The notes under the pieces were generated by a model. It saw nothing but the letters and a program-made list of their open reading frames with translations, was not told the DNA's origin and did not search any database. This document shows positions 60,730-64,000 of a stretch of DNA of 64,000 nucleotides, piece after piece. Numbering within the stretch: position 1 is the stretch's first letter; the number at the start of each line of letters is the position of its first letter. Both the position numbers and the translations under genes were made by a program. Origin of the DNA: the human T2T-CHM13v2.0 reference genome, Homo sapiens; assembly GCF_009914755.1 (NCBI RefSeq), contig NC_060933.1, one strand, 5' to 3'.

Positions 60730-62520
60730 AATCAACGCGAGCGCAGGGGAATGGAATGGAATGGAATGCAATGGAATGGAATCATCCGGAATGGAATGGA
60801 ATGGAATGGAATGCAAAGCAATGGAATCAACTCGATTGCAATGGAATGGAATGGAATGGAAAGGAATACATTGGAATCAAACCGAGTGGAATGGAATGGA
60901 AAGGACTGGAATGGAGTGGAATGGAATGGAATGGAATGGAATGAAATCAACTCGATTGGAATGGAATGGAATGGAATGGAATGGAATGGAATTAACCCGA
61001 ATAGAATGGAGTGGAATGGAATGGAACGGAACGGAATGGAATGGAATGGAATGGAATGGAATGGAATGGAATGGAATGGAATGGAATCAACCCGACTGCA
61101 GGGGAATGGAATGGAATGGAATGCAATGGAATGGATTCAACTTGAATGGAATGGTAAGAATGGAATCAACACGAGTGGAATGGCATGGATTGGAATGGAA
61201 TGGAATGGAATCAACCCGAGTACAGCGGAATGGAATGGAATGGAATGCAATGGAATGGAATCATCCGTAATGGAATGGAAAGGAATGGAATGGAATGGAA
61301 TGGAATGGAATGGAATGGAATGGAATCAACTCGATTGCAATCGAATGGAATGGAATGGAATTAACCCGAATAGAATGGAATGGAATTGAATGGAATGGAA
61401 CGGAACGGAATGGAATGGATTGGAATGGAATGGAATGGAATGGAATGGAACGGAAAGGAATGGAATAGAATGGAATGGAATGGAATGGAATGGAATGGAA
61501 TCAACGCGAGTGCAGGGGAATGGAATGGAATGGAATGCAATGGAATGGAATCTTCCGGAATGGAATGGAATGGAATGGAATGGAATGGAATGGAATGGAA
61601 TGGAATTAACCCGAATACAATGGAATGGAATGGAATGGAACGGAATGGAGTGGAATGGAATGGAAGCAACCCGAGTGCAGGGGATTAGAATGGAATGGAA
61701 TGCAATGGAATGGAATCATCCGGAATGGAATGGAATGGAATGCAAAGCAATGGAATCAACTCGATTGCAATGGAATGGAATGGAATGGAAAGGAATACAT
61801 TGGAATCAACCCGAGTGGAATGGAATGGAAAGGACTGGAATGGAGTGGAATGGAATGGAATGGAATGGAATGAAATCAACTCGATTGGAATGGAATGGAA
61901 TGGAATGGAATGGAATGGAATGGAATGGAATGGAATTATCCCGAATAGAATGGAGTGGAATGGAATGGAACGGAACGGAATGGAATGGAAAGGAATGGAA
62001 TGGAATGGAATGGAATGGAATCAACCCGACTGCAGGGGAATGGAATGGAATGGAATGCAATGGAATGGATTCAACTTGAATGGAATGGAAAGAATGGAAT
62101 CAACACGAGTGGAATGGCATGGATTGGAATGGAATGGAATGGAATCAACCCGAGTACAGGGGAATGGAATGGAATGGAATGCAATGGAATGGAATCATCC
62201 GTAATGGAATGGAAAGGAATGGAATGGAATGGAATGGAATGGAATGGAATGCAATGGAATCAACTCGATTGCAATCGAATGGAATGGAATGGAATTAACC
62301 CGAATAGAATGGAATGGAATGGAATGGAACAGAACGGAATGGAATGGATCGGAATGGAATGGAATGGAATGGAATGGAACGGAAAGGAATGCAATGGAAT
62401 GCAATGGAATGGAATGGAATGGAATGAATGGAATCAACGCGAGTGCAGGGGAACGGAATGGAATGGAATGCAATGGAATGGAATCTTCCGGAATGGAATG
62501 GAATGGAATGGAATGGAATG
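60730..62520 (+). repeat. Tandem dimer of a ~930 bp unit
   Basis: GCAAAGCAAT at 60813 and 61742 (offset 929) and CTTCC at 61552 and 62485 (offset 933). Both units share GGAATACATTGG, GAAATCAACTCGATTGG and AGAATGGAGTGG. Confidence 0.8.
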
Positions 62521-64000
62521 GAATGGAATGGAATAAACCCGAGTGCAATGGAATGGAGTGGAATGGAATGGAATGGAATGGAACAACCCGAATGGAACGG
62601 AATGGAATGGAGAGTAAGGGAGTTGAATAGAATCAATCCGAATGTAATGGAATGGAATGGAAGGGAATGGAATGGAATGGAATGCAATGGAATGGAATGG
62701 AATGCAATGGAATGGAATCAACCCGAGTGCAATCGAATGGAATCGAATGGAATGGAATGCAATGGAATGGATTCAACTTGAATGGAATGGAAAGAATGGA
62801 ATCAACACGAGTGGAATGGCATGGATTGGAATAGAATGGAATAGAATCAATCCGCGTACAGGGGAATGGAATGGAATGGAATGCAATGGAATGGAATCAT
62901 CCGTAATGGAATGGAAAGGAATGGAATGGAATGGAATGGAATGGAATGGAATGGAATGGAATCAACTCGATTGCAATCGAATGGAATGGAATGGAATTAA
63001 CCCGAATAGAATGGCATGGAATGGAATGGAACGGAACGGAATGGAATGGAATGGAATGGAATGGAACGGAACGGAATGGAACGGAATGGAATGGAATGGA
63101 ATGGAATGGAATGGAATGGAATGGAATCAACGCGATTGCTGGGGAATGGAATGGAATGGAATGCAATGGAATGGAATCTTCCGGAATGGAATGGAATGGA
63201 ATAGAATGGAATGAAATGCAATGGATTCAACTCGATAGCAATGGAATGGAATAGAATGGAATGGAATGGAATGGAATGGAATGGAATGGAATGGAATTAA
63301 CCCGAACAGAATGGAACGGAATGGAATGAAACGGAATGGAACGGAATGGAATGGAATGGAATGCAATGGAATGGTATGGAATGGAATGGAATGGTACGGA
63401 ATAGAATGGAATGGAACGAATTGTAATGGAATGGAATTGAATGGAATGGAATGGAATGGAATGGAATGGAATGGAATGGAATCGTTCCGAGTGGAATAGG
63501 AGGGAATGTATTCGAGTGGAATGGAAAGGAATGGAATCAACCAGAGTGGAATGGAAAGGAATGGAATGGAATGGAAACTAAGAGAATGGAATCAACCCGG
63601 GTGGAATGGAATGGAAAGGACTGGAATGGAAAGGAATGGAATGGAATGGAATGGAATGGAATGGAATGGAATGGAATGGAATGGAATCAACCCGAGTACA
63701 ATGGAATGGAATGGAATGGAATGGAATGGAATGGAATGGAATGCAATGGAATGGAATCTTCCGGAATTGAATGGAATGGAATGGAATGGAATGCAATGGA
63801 TTCAACTCGATTGCAATGGAATGGAATAGAATGGAATGGAATGGAATTAAACCGAATAGAATGGAATGGAATGGAATGGAACGGAACGGAACGGAATGGA
63901 ACGGAGTGGAATGGAATGGAATGGAATTGTATGGAATGCAATGGAATGGTACGGAATAGAATGGAATGCAAAGAATTGGAATGGAATGGAATTGAATGGA

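Larger units (their letters stand above)
1..64000 (+). repeat. Satellite III-type (HSat3) pentameric satellite array, (GGAAT)n with interspersed variant words; runs off both ends of the window
   Basis: Tandem GGAAT dominates every line. Recurrent variants include CAACCCGAGT, CAACTCGATT, CAACGCGAGT, CAACACGAGT, TAACCCGAAT and CATCC/CTTCC. CAACCCGA(A/G)T interspersed in (GGAAT)n is the classical Satellite III signature. Orientation is the same across the whole window. Confidence 0.97.

Noticed and set aside
70-63971. Hundreds of ORFs on both strands (MEWNG and IPFHS repeats)
   Set aside because: (GGAAT)n has no stop codon in any of six frames and an ATG every 5 bp. The ORFs overlap in all frames, show no domain content, and are not frame-conserved between duplicated copies.
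1-64000. CRISPR-like pattern of conserved words separated by variable stretches
   Set aside because: The intervening sequence is GGAAT repeat rather than unique spacers, the spacing is irregular, and there are no cas genes or leader.
1-64000. Canonical G-quadruplex motifs
   Set aside because: GGG/GGGG tracts (CAGGGG, TAAGGG) are isolated, and I saw no four G3 tracts within short loops. Non-canonical GGA fold-backs of (GGAAT)n cannot be assessed from sequence.
1-64000. Alpha satellite, CENP-B boxes, telomeric repeat or HSat2
   Set aside because: There is no 171-bp alphoid monomer and no TTAGGG array. Long pure GGAAT runs with CAACCCGAGT words fit Satellite III rather than the CATTCGATTC-rich, more diverged HSat2.
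1-64000. Transposable element insertion or strand inversion
   Set aside because: No non-satellite stretch, poly-A tail or ATTCC-oriented block was seen anywhere on the + strand.
1-64000. Assignment to a specific chromosome or HSat3 subfamily (e.g. 9q12, acrocentric arms, DYZ1)
   Set aside because: This needs k-mer comparison with a T2T assembly. I can only say that no regular ~3.5 kb DYZ1-like period is visible.

Overview
All 64 kb of the window is one uninterrupted (GGAAT)n/(ATTCC)n pentamer satellite. It matches classical human (or great-ape) Satellite III (HSat3) pericentromeric heterochromatin and carries the characteristic CAACCCGAGT-type variant decamers. The G-rich strand is the + strand throughout, and I saw no inversion, transposon insertion, RNA gene or credible protein-coding gene. 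The ORFs in the track (MEWNG and IPFHS repeats) arise because the pentamer has no stop codon in any frame. The array does have internal structure. It is built from an ordered set of variant words grouped into modules. It contains a very recent 6.66 kb tandem duplication (19495-26172 and 26151-32833), a four-copy ~2 kb higher-order repeat (~39.7-46.7 kb), and several smaller or dispersed duplications. It also has about 54 perfect heat-shock elements (GGAAT-NTTCC-GGAAT), about 39 copies of a 14-bp palindrome (TCGATTGCAATCGA), and a module pair whose spacing is almost always 175 bp. Chromosome and HSat3 subfamily cannot be assigned from the sequence alone. All counts were made by eye and are approximate. 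I found no convincing evidence of a new gene-based system; any novelty lies in the satellite's architecture and cis-motif content.
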